From Amoebophrya sp. A120 (lineage: Eukaryota; Protista; Dinoflagellata), in assembly GCA_905178155.1 (NCBI GenBank), contig CAJINV010000017.1, forward strand, positions 1,356,722 through 1,420,721: a stretch of DNA of 64,000 nt. The letters are read 5' to 3'. The notes beneath the pieces are model-generated. The model was not told the origin of the DNA, made no database searches, and was given only the letters and a program-made list of their open reading frames with translations. Shown here in pieces: positions 1 to 11,707 of this stretch; position 1 is the first letter of the stretch; each line of letters starts with the position of its first letter. Both the position numbers and the translations under genes were made by a program.

Positions 1-3000
1 GTCCCGCTGAAAAAAGTGGGCTCTGGATCGTTCGGACAAGCATGGCTCGTAGGGCAGGATGAAGACGGGAAGCGGCAAAACTACGTCTGCAAAATGGTAT
101 TACTTTTGACTAGCAACATCAAGAGAAAAAAAAAATATCGCATGATGAAAGCCAAAACTTCAATTATCAGTTGAGGTGTCTGCAATGTCGTTTTCTGGAT
201 TGATGATGCATGATCTTCCGTGCGACATCTATCCTAGCTTCGGCAAATGCGCACGAAAATGTGAAAGGCGAATCTGAAATTCTTGTCAATGTTTTTAGGC
301 TTCTTGTTGGTGCACGAAATTTGTGATGTAGATCGGCGTTTGAAAACAAGATCAAGATCTACGATGTATTGTGTCTACAAAGCGGCCCTGTTCATCGAAC
401 CTATCCCACTTTCCCTATCCCTGTCAGATCGACATCAGTCGTTGTAGTGCCAAGGAGAAGAAGGACGCTTTGCACGAAGCTTCCGTTTTGAAAACGCTAC
501 AACATCCGTACGTGGTACGGTATAAGGAGTCTTTCCTCGAGGACGGATGGCTCTGCATTGTGCAGGAATACTGCGAGGGTAACAAGTATTTTTGACAATT
601 TTGCTTTGAATTTGATGTCGCGTGGAACTAGAAGTAGAAACTGCACCAGCTCCTGCTTCTGCATAAGGGGCCTCTGTTCAGCTGCAGTTTCAGATTGTGC
701 AGGGTAAAGTCTTTGAAACAAAAAAACAGGCGGCGACATGTACCAGCGAATACAAAAAGCGAAGAAAATGCACCAGCCCTTTTCTGAGGACCAGATTGTT
801 ATCCCGGAAAGAAGACCCATCCCCATTCAATTCGTCATGCAAAACATCCATAAAACCCACTATTTTTCATGCAAAAAAAGGATGTGGATGGGTGTTTTTT
901 CCTGGATAAATGTCCGGTGGTTTACGCAGTGCATGCTGGGGCTGAAGTTCATCCATGACAAGAAGATTTTGCACCGAGATTTGAAGTCGAGTAACTTCTT
1001 TCTATCCAAAACCGGCGACATAAAGATGGGCGACTTTGGAATCGCAAAAGTGCTCGAATCAACGGCCGCAGTGGCGAAAACACAGATCGGTAAATTGAGT
1101 CATGATGTCGTGTAGGATGAATAGTGATGATGAAGTTAGTTGATGTCACAGGAGGTGGTACAAGTGCCACATGTTGGATTGAACAAGGTGCATGTGGTGG
1201 TGCATGGAGGTCGTAGTTTTCGTCCGTTTCATGATGCTGTCAACAACATGCATGACGATTTATTGCAAATGATGACGAAGCTGAAGCAGAACGCAAATAA
1301 TTTTCCGAAACCATATCAGGTACACCGTACTATCTGTCGCCGGAAATTTGCCAAGAAAAGGCGTACGCCTGGCCGAGTGATATTTGGGCGATGGGTTGCA
1401 TTCTGTACGAAATGTGCTGTCTCCGAGTACCGTTCGACGCTGCGGATTTACGAGCGCTGGTGCACAGGATAACAAGAGGACCGAGCCCCAGTTTGCCGGG
1501 ACAGTAAATTCTATTTGACATTGCGAATGTCGTTATCGGAGTAGATGACTTATTGTGATACATTCAGAGCCACAGGAATTTTCATGCGCAGAAGAGCGTG
1601 CTTCTTGCGCTTCAAAAATCAACATAAACGTACCGCAAAACGTCAACGAAAATTAAGTTTTATACCATTACCATGACCCACAGCTTCTCCCCCCAGTTGC
1701 GGCAACTCGTGACTGATATTCTCGTGAAGGACCACACCAAACGGCCCACGGCGGAGAAGATCCTTACCCGGTCCATCCTGGCCGACCGCGTGCGGAAACT
1801 GGAGGCAGAGGACACGGGCGCCGGTGGGCAGGAAAAGCAGGAGGGAAGCAAGAAGGACGACATCTCGCTCATCCAGTCCAAATTGGAGCAGGGCGGGAGC
1901 TATGCAACATTGCAAAAGTATCCAACTAGTGTAGATTGCATTACAAATTATCTCAGCATGATGGCGAATGAAGTTTGTAATGCTGTTTTAGCTTTGGAAG
2001 GGGATTTGTGATGCATAACTGCAATTTTTACTAGGAGTGCGATGGTTTTGCAATGCATATGAGCAGTTCGTCAAACGCGAAAGGAGCCGGGAACAATAAT
2101 AATGCCGTGAAAGGCCCGTATGCGGATGAAGCGGGTAAGTACACGAAGAACCAGGTCGTGGAGTACTACTCGGAAACGCACAAGGAGTGGCTGCCCGCGC
2201 AAGTAACCGCGGTAGATTCGGACGGGAGAATACAGGTGCACTGCAAACCAAACGCGTGGCTCTCCTTGAACGTGCAAGCGCAGAAGGTACTTAATCTTCG
2301 TGTAAATCGGTTTTTACTGGATTTTCTTCATGCGCATGCAGCGGCTTTTTTTTTTTCGTTTAGATTATATGCAGCAACACTACAAGCTGTTTGCCTTTGC
2401 GCGGTTGAAGGCATCAACAACCGCGTGTCATGATCCTGTTCGGATCGGTTTTTTCGTAATGTAATGCTGGAATGAAGAAAATGAAAATCTAAAATCAGGT
2501 CCGACCGAAGAAGGATGAGAATAAGGAAAACAAGCCCCGGCCGCCCGTGGTGCCGGTGTTGGAGCATCAAAAGGGGTCCAGGTCCTCCTCCTACAACACA
2601 CCGCGATACCCGGGAGCCGCAACACCACCGGTATACCACCGCCAGGCGACGCCACCCTACGCCTACCCACCGGCGGGTGGCAGAATTGGTATTCGGTGTT
2701 TTCGTTCTACTGTTGGTTTTGGAGTTTATTTTGTCAGAAATTTCAAAGTTTATTTCGATTCTGCTTTACTTCGCTTTAGAGAGAATTGAATACCTGTTCT
2801 TTTGGTTTGATCAGTCACAAGCATTGCGTCGGTCATTGATTTGATCACTTATCGATGAAAAGGTTCTCCATCCCCGTTTGGCGGCCGCGGTACTCCGAGA
2901 TTAGCCTATGGCGTCAACCGGTACACGCCCCGCGGCGGGGTTGGCACTCCACGGGCCGCATCCCCAATGAATCGCCCGCCATGGCAGGCGGGCTCGCCCC

Positions 3001-3035
3001 GAGGCGGAGGAGGGTACTCGAATCGGATCTATTAG
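1..3035 (+). CDS. NIMA-related (NEK) Ser/Thr kinase, 5'-partial; exons <1-96, 428-578, 730-799, 914-1089, 1320-1503, 1684-1900, 2065-2286, 2499-2688, 2863-3035
   Basis: Spliced frame gives [82 protein letters not shown] and [13 protein letters not shown], all typical of NEK1/NEK4-type kinases. Six GT-AG introns and two TIR-type introns all join in frame. Stop TAG at 3033-3035. Confidence 0.93.
800..913 (+). mobile_element. Introner-like non-canonical intron A (109-bp TIR element plus one 5-bp direct repeat copy, 114 nt)
   Basis: Left arm TATCCCGGAAAGAAGACCCATCC pairs with right arm GGATGGGTGTTTTTTCCTGGATA (3 mismatches in 23 nt). Flanks are ATTGT (795-799) and AATGT (909-913). Removal restores FSEDQIV|RWFTQ in the kinase. 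Confidence 0.88.
1901..2064 (+). mobile_element. Introner-like intron B (164 nt)
   Basis: Ends TATGCAACATTGCAAAA and TTTTGCAATGCATA, with flanks GGAGC (1896-1900) and TGAGC (2060-2064). Removal joins GGS|SSSNAKG in frame. A canonical alternative GT1918-AG2066 also keeps frame. Confidence 0.65.
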
Positions 3036-4800
3036 ATACGGATGCGGTTGCTCTGTACTAGAAAAAATGGGTCCGTTTCGTTGATTTTGTTGTAAGATTT
3101 CACACCGTTCTGTTATGCTAAGAGTCTGACACTCAATTTTCGCTTGTCCGTCAATTATGCTTCCATGATTGAGTCGAAATAAAAGTCGTTTGCTTCACAA
3201 TGACCGAACCAAGTAATAAAGCTGAACATTTTTTGAATTTGTCAATATAACTGAAACGAATGTAGAGCTCGGGCTCCAGATGATTAATATCCAGGTGTAA
3301 GGTCGCAACACCTGCTGCTGCTACTTTTTTACAATGTCCCACTAGATGTTACGCAACCAAAAGAGCAAATAACGCACCGAAAAGATATTGTCCAAGAAGG
3401 GAAAAATGTCAACCGTTTGCAAAATAATGTCACTCTGTCACAAATGAAATAGAACTAGGTGAATCTCCTACAATTTGAGCTTCCTAATGAAAATAGTGCT
3501 GACCGTCACCGTTTACAATTCGCGACTGGTTCTGATATAGCAATTACATACAACTTCACGCTCACTTGCTATCATCTTCCAATTTTGTTGCAAAATGACA
3601 CCTGAATGAAAATATTTCAGCGAAGATGTGTTGCCACTGCATCGGCGGAGAAAAAGCCGACCGCTCCAGTGTCGCTTTTTTTCCCAAAAATCGCAAAAAT
3701 GATAGCACACGCAAGGTTGTACCTACAAGAAGTACTAGTAGTTGACAGAACTCTCACACTCACTCTTCTGTACCAATGATATCCTGTATTTTTACACTCG
3801 CGGCTAAGCCAACAATTAGCTTCCGAACTTGCTTTTTTCTAAATTCTTCCAAACAAATAACGAGTTGATGTTTCAGGTTTCACGGGCAGCAGCGCGTGGT
3901 GGCTGATCAGGTAGTTAGTTCGAGCAGAGTCCTCATCTTCTCATTGCAAGAACAGACTACAACTTGGACGGCTGCGATTCTTAGCCACCGCGGCCTCGTC
4001 GAGTTTGGATGAGGTATTTAATGTACACTAGAAAATTAATAACGAGGACAAGCTTGACGTTGATGATACTATTCTTCAGGCATCAGCTTGGCTCCAACTC
4101 CCCTCAACAATCCTCTTTAATATCATAGAGCTTTTTTACACTAGAATAAAAGTGTGTTTCTTGTGAAACGAAAATTTTGAAATGAAAAAATATCTCTACT
4201 TTTAGGAGAAGAGACCACCTGATGGAACTCACAAACCGGATTTTGTTGACAACAATTCTTGTGCAATAAACTTCTTGAAAATGCTGCCCGCCATCGGCAA
4301 AACTGACGCGACTGAGCCCGCGTTCGACAAGTACTCGCACTCAGCACAAATAAACTGCTCGGACATCCGCAGCCAGCACATGGCTTTCGCTGGTAGTGCC
4401 GGTTGTACTTCTCCGGCGGGGCGTTGATGTTCTTCTCGACCAGCACCACTGGCCAACGACGAAAATGTTTGCGTTCTAGATAGCAGTCCCCAGGTACTAT
4501 GGTAGTGCTTGTTGCTGGAATATCATGACCTCTCAGGTTGTAGTTTCTGCTTCTATAATCGATCCGCAACATCCGATGACTTCTTTTACATGGTCTACAG
4601 AGGCACTCGCTCATCTGATCCACTCTACGCTTGCTCTCCGACAGGCAGTATGGGCGAGAGGTAGGCAGAACCAGAAGGTTAATCGGATCGAAGATCTTAA
4701 TATCAGTAGCACAATTGTCGTTCGGTTCTTCACGTGCCGTTTTTCGCTTTATTTCACCGCATCAATACAAGTTGTATAAGAACATCCTGGAAGAATTAGA

Positions 4801-6915
4801 ATGGATTTTCTCCTCAACGCTGCCGCCCGCACGGTTGCGGCCCAGACCGCTCGCGAAAGTGCGCCGGAGGCGGAGATCCGCCCCGTCGACGTGGAAGCTT
4901 GCCAGCTTTGTGGGATCTCCTATCTGAACAAAGGTGAGCGTCTGAAACCGCTGCAAAACCTCGGGTATGAGCTGTTACTCGAGAAGACAGCTTGGTTCGT
5001 CGTGACGGATAAGGATTTGCTGGGAACAAGCACAGGCTCTGGTCGTTCTTCCGCTTCAGCCTCCCGGGGCTTTATCGTCTTCCGCGGCACCGCGAGCTTG
5101 CGGGATGTCATTACGGATTGCCTTGCGAAGCCGACGGAGGGTATTGCGACCTACTCGGCTGGAGGTTTGACATCAAATAACAAGAGCGACGATAATTTTT
5201 CCACCGCGTACCTTCCCCGCACGCAGTTCCACTCGGGAATATTTGCGAACGTGGTGGAGAATTTGAAGCTGCGCGCGTTCCTGGAACTTGTCGGCTTGGT
5301 GAAGAGGCAAGCGCCCGGGTTGGACCAGATTAGGAAAAAATTCGAATTTGTTTCCTCAAAGAAAAAAATCATGGAAGTAGCAAATTGTTGCACCACCTTC
5401 CCAATAAAGCGGTGGTTTTTCTGCGGGCACAGTCTCGGGGGCGGTTGTGCGCAGCTGTGTCTGACGCTGTTGGAAAAGGGTTTTTTCGAATCCAGTGCAA
5501 GCTTTCCTTCAAAAGCGAGCATCACTGCGAGCTTACAGCAGGGGGAAGGATCCAGCTGTGAGGAAGAGAAAACGCAGGAAAGGAAGAATAAGGAACAAAA
5601 CGGAGCACCAAGTGTTGCTGCTGCAACGCCTCCGAACTCCGGCCGGAGTAACACCGCTGCGGGCCGCGAACAAGCTCAAACTGCAACCACTTCAACATCT
5701 TCGCAGGAATTTGCCCCAATCCACCGAATTCCGATTTTCCAACAAGATGCGCGTGGGAAAACAGCAACTTCTGCGGGCCAAAATTTTTTCCAACTGGAGG
5801 CCATCAGTTTCGCGTCCCCACCGATCTACTTTGATCCGCTGCACCAGCTTTCGTCAACGAGCGGAGCACCAGCTTCGAGCACTTATGGTGTGGAAAATCA
5901 AACTCAGCAAGAGCAAATAGACCTTGTTTCCAATGCCTCCACGATTTCTTCCTCCTCCTCGCAACCCGGAAGGAGTCGAAAATCGTGGCTCCCGCACGAG
6001 CAGCACAAGATCCGCGCCTTTGTGTACGGCTCGGACCCCATTCCGAGACTGGACCGGCAGGAGGACAACGTGCTGTTGACACTCCTCGGGAGGTACAACC
6101 GCACGGCCAGTATGCACCAGAAACTTTTGTCCGTGAACCACTACATTCATCACCCAAATGAGTACACTGTGTGGATGCTGCCGGACATTTTGCTGCAAAA
6201 CCTGCACACGGCGAAGCAGGTCGGAAAATTCGTGTTTGAAGGAGCAAAGAACTTGTTCAGTCGGACAGCATCGGCGAGCAGTAGCAAGACGAATAATACC
6301 ACTAGCAAGGATAAGGAACGAAATGACAGGAATGATGTCAAGTCCGAGGAGAGCAGTCAGAGCGGGTTGGAAAACGGAACCACTGTGGGTGGAAATAAGA
6401 ATAGCGACACCTTGGCGACGAGGAGGGAAAAAATCAAAAAAGAAAATCAACTACCACAAAAAGCTGGTGGCGGTGCAGCCTCTAGCTCCCTCTTCGGAGC
6501 GGCCGCCGGTTTTTTTGCGAATGTTTTGGAAGCAAGTGCGGAAAATCAAAAGCAAAAGCAAGCTGTGGCTTATCAGCCAAAACCAAGGACAGGAACTGGT
6601 GATAATATTACTGCGAAGAAAAATAACATGATGACCCCAGAAGGCGAAGCAGCTGGGAAAGATTTGATCGGCACCAGAAACCCGGAAACCGTCGACGCCC
6701 GGGAGATGCCGCCCGAGACGAAGGCCATTGTTTTGAGCAGCGAGGCTAGTGGTGGGAAATTTTCCCGTGCGAAAGTGATGAACGTGAATGACAGCAATCC
6801 GAGTGACCACTTGTTGTCAAAGTACGAATTTGGTTTTAAAAATCACTACCGGAAAAGAGACGCGTTGCAGTTCACGCCCCTGTATGAGGTGAGGCTGGAA
6901 GAAATTGTGAACTGA
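4801..6915 (+). CDS. Class 3 (fungal-type) lipase / alpha-beta hydrolase with low-complexity insertions, 704 aa
   Basis: IVFRGT..LRDVITD, FHSGIF, nucleophile elbow GHSLGGG, SFASPP, catalytic Asp in DPIPRL and likely His in DHLLSKY. Confidence 0.85.
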   Translation: MDFLLNAAARTVAAQTARESAPEAEIRPVDVEACQLCGISYLNKGERLKPLQNLGYELLLEKTAWFVVTDKDLLGTSTGSGRSSASASRGFIVFRGTASLRDVITDCLAKPTEGIATYSAGGLTSNNKSDDNFSTAYLPRTQFHSGIFANVVENLKLRAFLELVGLVKRQAPGLDQIRKKFEFVSSKKKIMEVANCCTTFPIKRWFFCGHSLGGGCAQLCLTLLEKGFFESSASFPSKASITASLQQGEGSSCEEEKTQERKNKEQNGAPSVAAATPPNSGRSNTAAGREQAQTATTSTSSQEFAPIHRIPIFQQDARGKTATSAGQNFFQLEAISFASPPIYFDPLHQLSSTSGAPASSTYGVENQTQQEQIDLVSNASTISSSSSQPGRSRKSWLPHEQHKIRAFVYGSDPIPRLDRQEDNVLLTLLGRYNRTASMHQKLLSVNHYIHHPNEYTVWMLPDILLQNLHTAKQVGKFVFEGAKNLFSRTASASSSKTNNTTSKDKERNDRNDVKSEESSQSGLENGTTVGGNKNSDTLATRREKIKKENQLPQKAGGGAASSSLFGAAAGFFANVLEASAENQKQKQAVAYQPKPRTGTGDNITAKKNNMMTPEGEAAGKDLIGTRNPETVDAREMPPETKAIVLSSEASGGKFSRAKVMNVNDSNPSDHLLSKYEFGFKNHYRKRDALQFTPLYEVRLEEIVN

Positions 6916-7726
6916 TGCTCATCGACGGCTCTATCACGCGCGTGGTTTTTCTCAATGCGAAGGAAGCTTCAACATTTTTCAAGATTAACAGAATCCAACT
7001 CAACAAAGGTGAACATGTGGACACGTCCATCGTCCCCTACGTATAAATCAATATGAGGAGATGACTTACTTACAGTGCGGCTGCGATCACGACCGTGCCA
7101 GGTTCTCAGATTCGGACTCAGAAATTTCACATTGCCGCACCGCTGCAGCTGCTGCATGCGAAAATATTACAGTCTATCCTTTCATCGGTTCTGCTATCAC
7201 TTCTTCGGGTGCTGTATTCGGTCATGCATCAGTGTGCATATTCTATACAAGGATTCGGTCAAGTGTTGCATGGATGCTGATCTAGAGCGAGGATCTGGAG
7301 TCATTTCATTTCATGATCCCGAAAAGATGACGCTGTTAATTCTATTTGTCAAAGTATGGATCACACCTACTCAGCCAGTAGAATTGCAAAAGAACCTTGC
7401 ACATGGTGCGCACTTGAAATATCGGTATCTACTTACAAACTCTGATTTCTAAAGCTTTTTCTTCATTTGCTCTCTGTCTCGTCGCTTTGTGGAAAATCGA
7501 GCGAAGCCACATCATTCACACAGGAACCCTGCTATTTGCCTTGGCAAAATAGTCTCGGTTTTGAATCTCAGCCTCGACTTGTCGTCGTTGTTGAAATTTT
7601 TCTTTCTCGAAAATACTTTAAACTTGACACAAGATAGCGTTTGCTTTACACGACTCCTGCTAAACAGTACTTGAAAAAGCCACTGTTGTGTCTGTTTTTC
7701 CACCATTTCATTCTATCAGAACCAGA

Positions 7727-8336
7727 ATGGGCAACCTGTGTTGTGCTGAGGGCCGCGCGGGCAAGACCAGCGCCCGTGGCAGCGGATCCGGGTCCAAGAA
7801 GTTTGACATGACGGGCGGGAGCGGGGTCAGTGGCTCCGGGTATCAAGTGCAAAAATGTCTGGGTCTGGAAACTTGTAATGCTAAAAGTGAATGATAGAGA
7901 TAGACGCACTGCAATACGCAGCTACGCATGACAAATTTTTTGGCCTCCATGTCTTACGTATTCCGCATGGCAAACTGCGTTTTATTTGCATGAAAGGTAA
8001 TAGGGCCTTTTGGTGCCTATGCAACACAGATTCTCGAATTATGCCAGACAATCATGACAAAGTTGCATTCTTCCAGACCCAGACAACATTTTTACATTTG
8101 ATACCGGGACCGGATTCGCGATTCCGCCGGAGATGTATTCCGCCTCGACCACGGCCTCTTCTACCCCCGCGGGCAAGCGCGCCGAGGGGGAGCAGGCGCA
8201 GCGCAAATCCTCGAAGGGGAAGGGAAAAGTCGGCGGGAAAATGAAGGGACCGGAAGGGGAAGCGATGCTGGCGGGACAGGCGTACAACTGGAAAAGTAAG
8301 GGCGGAAAGCAGGGGTATAAGAAAGGGAAGAAGTAA
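7727..8336 (+). CDS. Small Gly/Lys-rich protein with N-terminal MGNLCC acylation motif, 113 aa; exons 7727-7840 and 8109-8336
   Basis: Two GC-rich coding-like segments join in frame (GSG|TGFAIPPEMY) when the TIR element between them is removed. Basic C-terminus GKQGYKKGKK. Confidence 0.72.
7841..8108 (+). mobile_element. Introner-like non-canonical intron C (263-bp element plus 5-bp repeat, 268 nt)
   Basis: Left TATCAAGTGCAAAAATGTCTGGGTCTGGAA pairs with right TTCCAGACCCAGACAACATTTTTACATTTGATA. Perfect CCGGG direct repeat at 7836-7840 and 8104-8108. Confidence 0.87.
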
Positions 8337-10124
8337 AATGAATGAGTATGAGGATAATGTAATCGGTAGTCTATGATCCACCGTGCTTGAACTACCATTG
8401 CTGGGTGTTAAGTAAGCATATTTCTCCATCTTGGGCAGGTCTTCTGCGACCGCTTTCTTGACCTTTATGTGAAATTTATACATGAATTTGTAGAAGGGAC
8501 GAGCAAGTCCAAGTGATGGAACTTGTTGCTTCTAAGAGCCTATAATCACGGCGGCAAACCACTTCTATGTGGGATATCCAACTGGGAGCCCTTACCGTGT
8601 ACTTACGCAGCTTCAGGCTCCGGGTTCATACCGTATTTTTCCACTTTTTTCAATACCACAGTTCGCACGTAGTTTTTCATTTGCACCTTTAACAATAATC
8701 GAGCATGAAGCTCGATGGCGATTTAGTTATTTTTGACAATTTTGCACATGAGAGAGTACTAGCATATACAATTTGCATGATCCCTATTTTATTTTTTTAT
8801 ACCGTGCAACGGTCCCCAGGAGGGCCTGACAGGCACAGGACGCGGACCTGAATAGACACACAAATCGTCCAGAGGATTCCCATCTTGCGAACACGCGTCA
8901 GGTTTTGAAACGTAAATTTACCTTTGACCCTGCGTTTTTAAATTTTAGTATGAACCGTGACTACCTATCAATCAATATCAAACAATCTCTAAGTGGCTAC
9001 AACATGAAATTGTAATTGAGCATCGAATCTCAAGCTAACCAGCTATGTTGCAGTTGTCTTCTGTTGCGCTTGCAATATTATGTTGCCCAACAGCACGACG
9101 GCTACGAGTACACCATTAGGTAAAAGATTAATAGGACGAGAATCTTCGTGTACGTCACACAATTTTGTCATGTTTGCAAATCATATCATACATGCGCTGC
9201 TGGTAGTTGATACTTTTCGTTCACTTAAAGAAGTCAGAGCTTCTGATGAATTGTTGGGGAGCAAGAATCGTGATGAACACTATCAGATAGTTTCTGGTGA
9301 GAAGTCATACCTACGCGTCTCAGACGCGTACGTATGTTGACTTCTCTGCGGCCACGCGGTGGAAGGATGTGTGACTTTTGCGAGCAAAAAAAAAATACCG
9401 AGTCTCTTCAGGTGGGCCGTGATACGATGCGCCACCTCCGGCCAACGAACTGTCCAGCGACGATGTTGTGCGGAAGCTGCGCCACGGATTTACTAGGCCG
9501 GTTCTTTCACGTAGTATTTTCACGAGAATGAATGACATCAGCACGATCAAAGCAACACCAACAAAAGATATATAGTTATAGATTCAATCATGCCCGTCCT
9601 CGGTGGTACTAACTCGTGAAGCACGCGCTGGCCGCTCTGACGTGCACAGTGAAAAAGCAGATCTGTCTTCACAGAGAAGCAGAAGCTTGAGACTCACACA
9701 CTCGCACTCGGCCCCCGCATCCGTGGCGTACCTACGTTGCAATGTAACATGAAATCGGACCGAAACCTATCGTCGGTAGTGCAACGACAATGCTACTCCC
9801 TCTCTGATTTATCGGTTCTGCATGCATCGCGATGAACACTATTCATTTGTTGTCTGAATTGCTCTTTAGGGGGCCAATACCAAAGCGCGCAGCAATACCT
9901 GGAACGAACAATCGGAATTGTGCAGGCGGCGGGTCTCCTCCATTTCTCTAGTAAGTCCATTGCACGGACACGAATTGCTTTTTTGTAGATACTTTTGAAC
10001 CGTGCTGATATATATTTGTCGATTCGAATAGCACCGCAAGCGCAGAAGTAGAGCAGTAGATGCTTACAGTCTAATCTGAAGCTTCGTCTACGTAGAAACA
10101 AAATCCGTCAATATCAAGTTCACC

Positions 10125-10592
10125 ATGGGCAACAATTGTTGCGCCGGACGCGACGAGAGTCTGGGCTCCAACTTTGCCTCTGCTCGCTCCAAGCGGGTCA
10201 CCGCCGGCGAATCGAACTACGGCTACGGAATTTCGCGTGACCCGACGATTATCAATTCGTCTATGATGATGTCGCAGAAACAAGGTTCCATTCGGGCTGC
10301 AAGCACGCACATCAGTCCTGCAGCTGCAGCATCAACACGTCGGAGTTCTAACGGAACGAAGCAAAAAGCGCCGCAGGGAATGACGCAGTATGTGGTGGAG
10401 TCGGCGTTGCCGCCCGTTTCGGGGGCGAGTCAATACGACTTTTTGAAGGATGAGGTCAGTGGTATGTACGACCCGAATGGAAAGGCCACGATGTTTCAGG
10501 GGTCCGGTGTGTACAATCCTGATTTTGATGACGACTCAGACGACGGCGACTATGCTCACGCGAATCAGTCTTTTATTCGGGGGATGGAGTGA
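10125..10592 (+). CDS. Small hypothetical protein with MGNNCC myristoylation/palmitoylation motif, 155 aa
   Basis: ATG in CACCATGG context, single open frame with coding-like composition, Gly2 plus Cys-Cys. Confidence 0.7.
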   Translation: MGNNCCAGRDESLGSNFASARSKRVTAGESNYGYGISRDPTIINSSMMMSQKQGSIRAASTHISPAAAASTRRSSNGTKQKAPQGMTQYVVESALPPVSGASQYDFLKDEVSGMYDPNGKATMFQGSGVYNPDFDDDSDDGDYAHANQSFIRGME

Positions 10593-11707
10593 AGAAGAGC
10601 ACACCAGGGACGGATTCGATCAAGATGTGGCGTTTCAAAAATGATGAAACCAAACTGACTGAGGAGCAGGAGAAGGAACGACCAAACTGGAGATAGTACA
10701 TCAATGGAAGATACGAGGACGTGTATATAAGACCGCGTTGAGAACAGAGCAAATTATCACCTCAGCTCGCACTTGTTCCGCACGTGAAACTAGAACCTGT
10801 CGCGCCACACGTTTCATACATTACAATTACACGTTTTAGTACAGCCTTTGGTGTAGTAAAGTTAACTTTTACTTGAAAATCTTTTCCTGTTAGTCTGTTC
10901 GTGCCGGAATAAACCGCCGACGTTCCTCTGCGAGGAGGATGCTTGTCGGCCCCTGCAACTACAGGATCTGATGCATTTTTGTCTCTAAAAAATCCATTGA
11001 TGCTACAGCATCCGCGGTGTCTGCTGGGCAACAAGCCACTTCGAAACGCACGAGGTTGGCTGACGCCCAGCGGATCTCTTTCTAGCTAGAGAGCGAAAAT
11101 TATGGCACGCAAGTATGCGGTGCGAATGCGATGGCCACTACTTCTTTATACGGCTTGAATAATGACGGTAGTTGAGCCCTCGAAGGAGGTTGTCGCACTT
11201 GGCACACAAAAACTTTCTACGCACTGACAAGCAAAGTCAAGAATCCACGATGTTGTGCCCGGAAGATTGCATCGAGCCAACAAGTGAGGACCAGCGAAGT
11301 TCCTTGGTGCCTGCTCCGTTTTTTCTGCAGTTTCCACAACTTGTTCGACGCGAATAAAGAGGACTTTCCCTCCTACCTTTGCCTTTGTGTTTTCTTGGTC
11401 ATTTGGTTCTCATATCACTTTTCTTTTGTCCGCGCGTTTGTTGTGCGCGCGAATTTTGTCTATTGTGCGCACGACCGTGTCTCCGTTCCTTCGCGTCGGC
11501 GAACCCGAACGCCTTCGCCGACAAACGATCGATCTCCATCTTTTTGTTGGTGCTTCGTTTTGTCCTCTATGGTGTCGTGCTCTTCATTCAACATCGGCGC
11601 TCCTTTTGTAACTCAGCGAAGAGCAGTGGTGACAAGGTATTGCATCCGCTTGCAGCTTTCAGGAAGATTGAGAAGTCATTTGTTGCAATCGGGATCTTTA
11701 TCACGAG

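Noticed and set aside
4281-4430. Short GC-richer ORF (MLPAIGKTD...) upstream of the lipase
   Set aside because: Under 50 codons, no homology recognised, and no clear splice link to the lipase.
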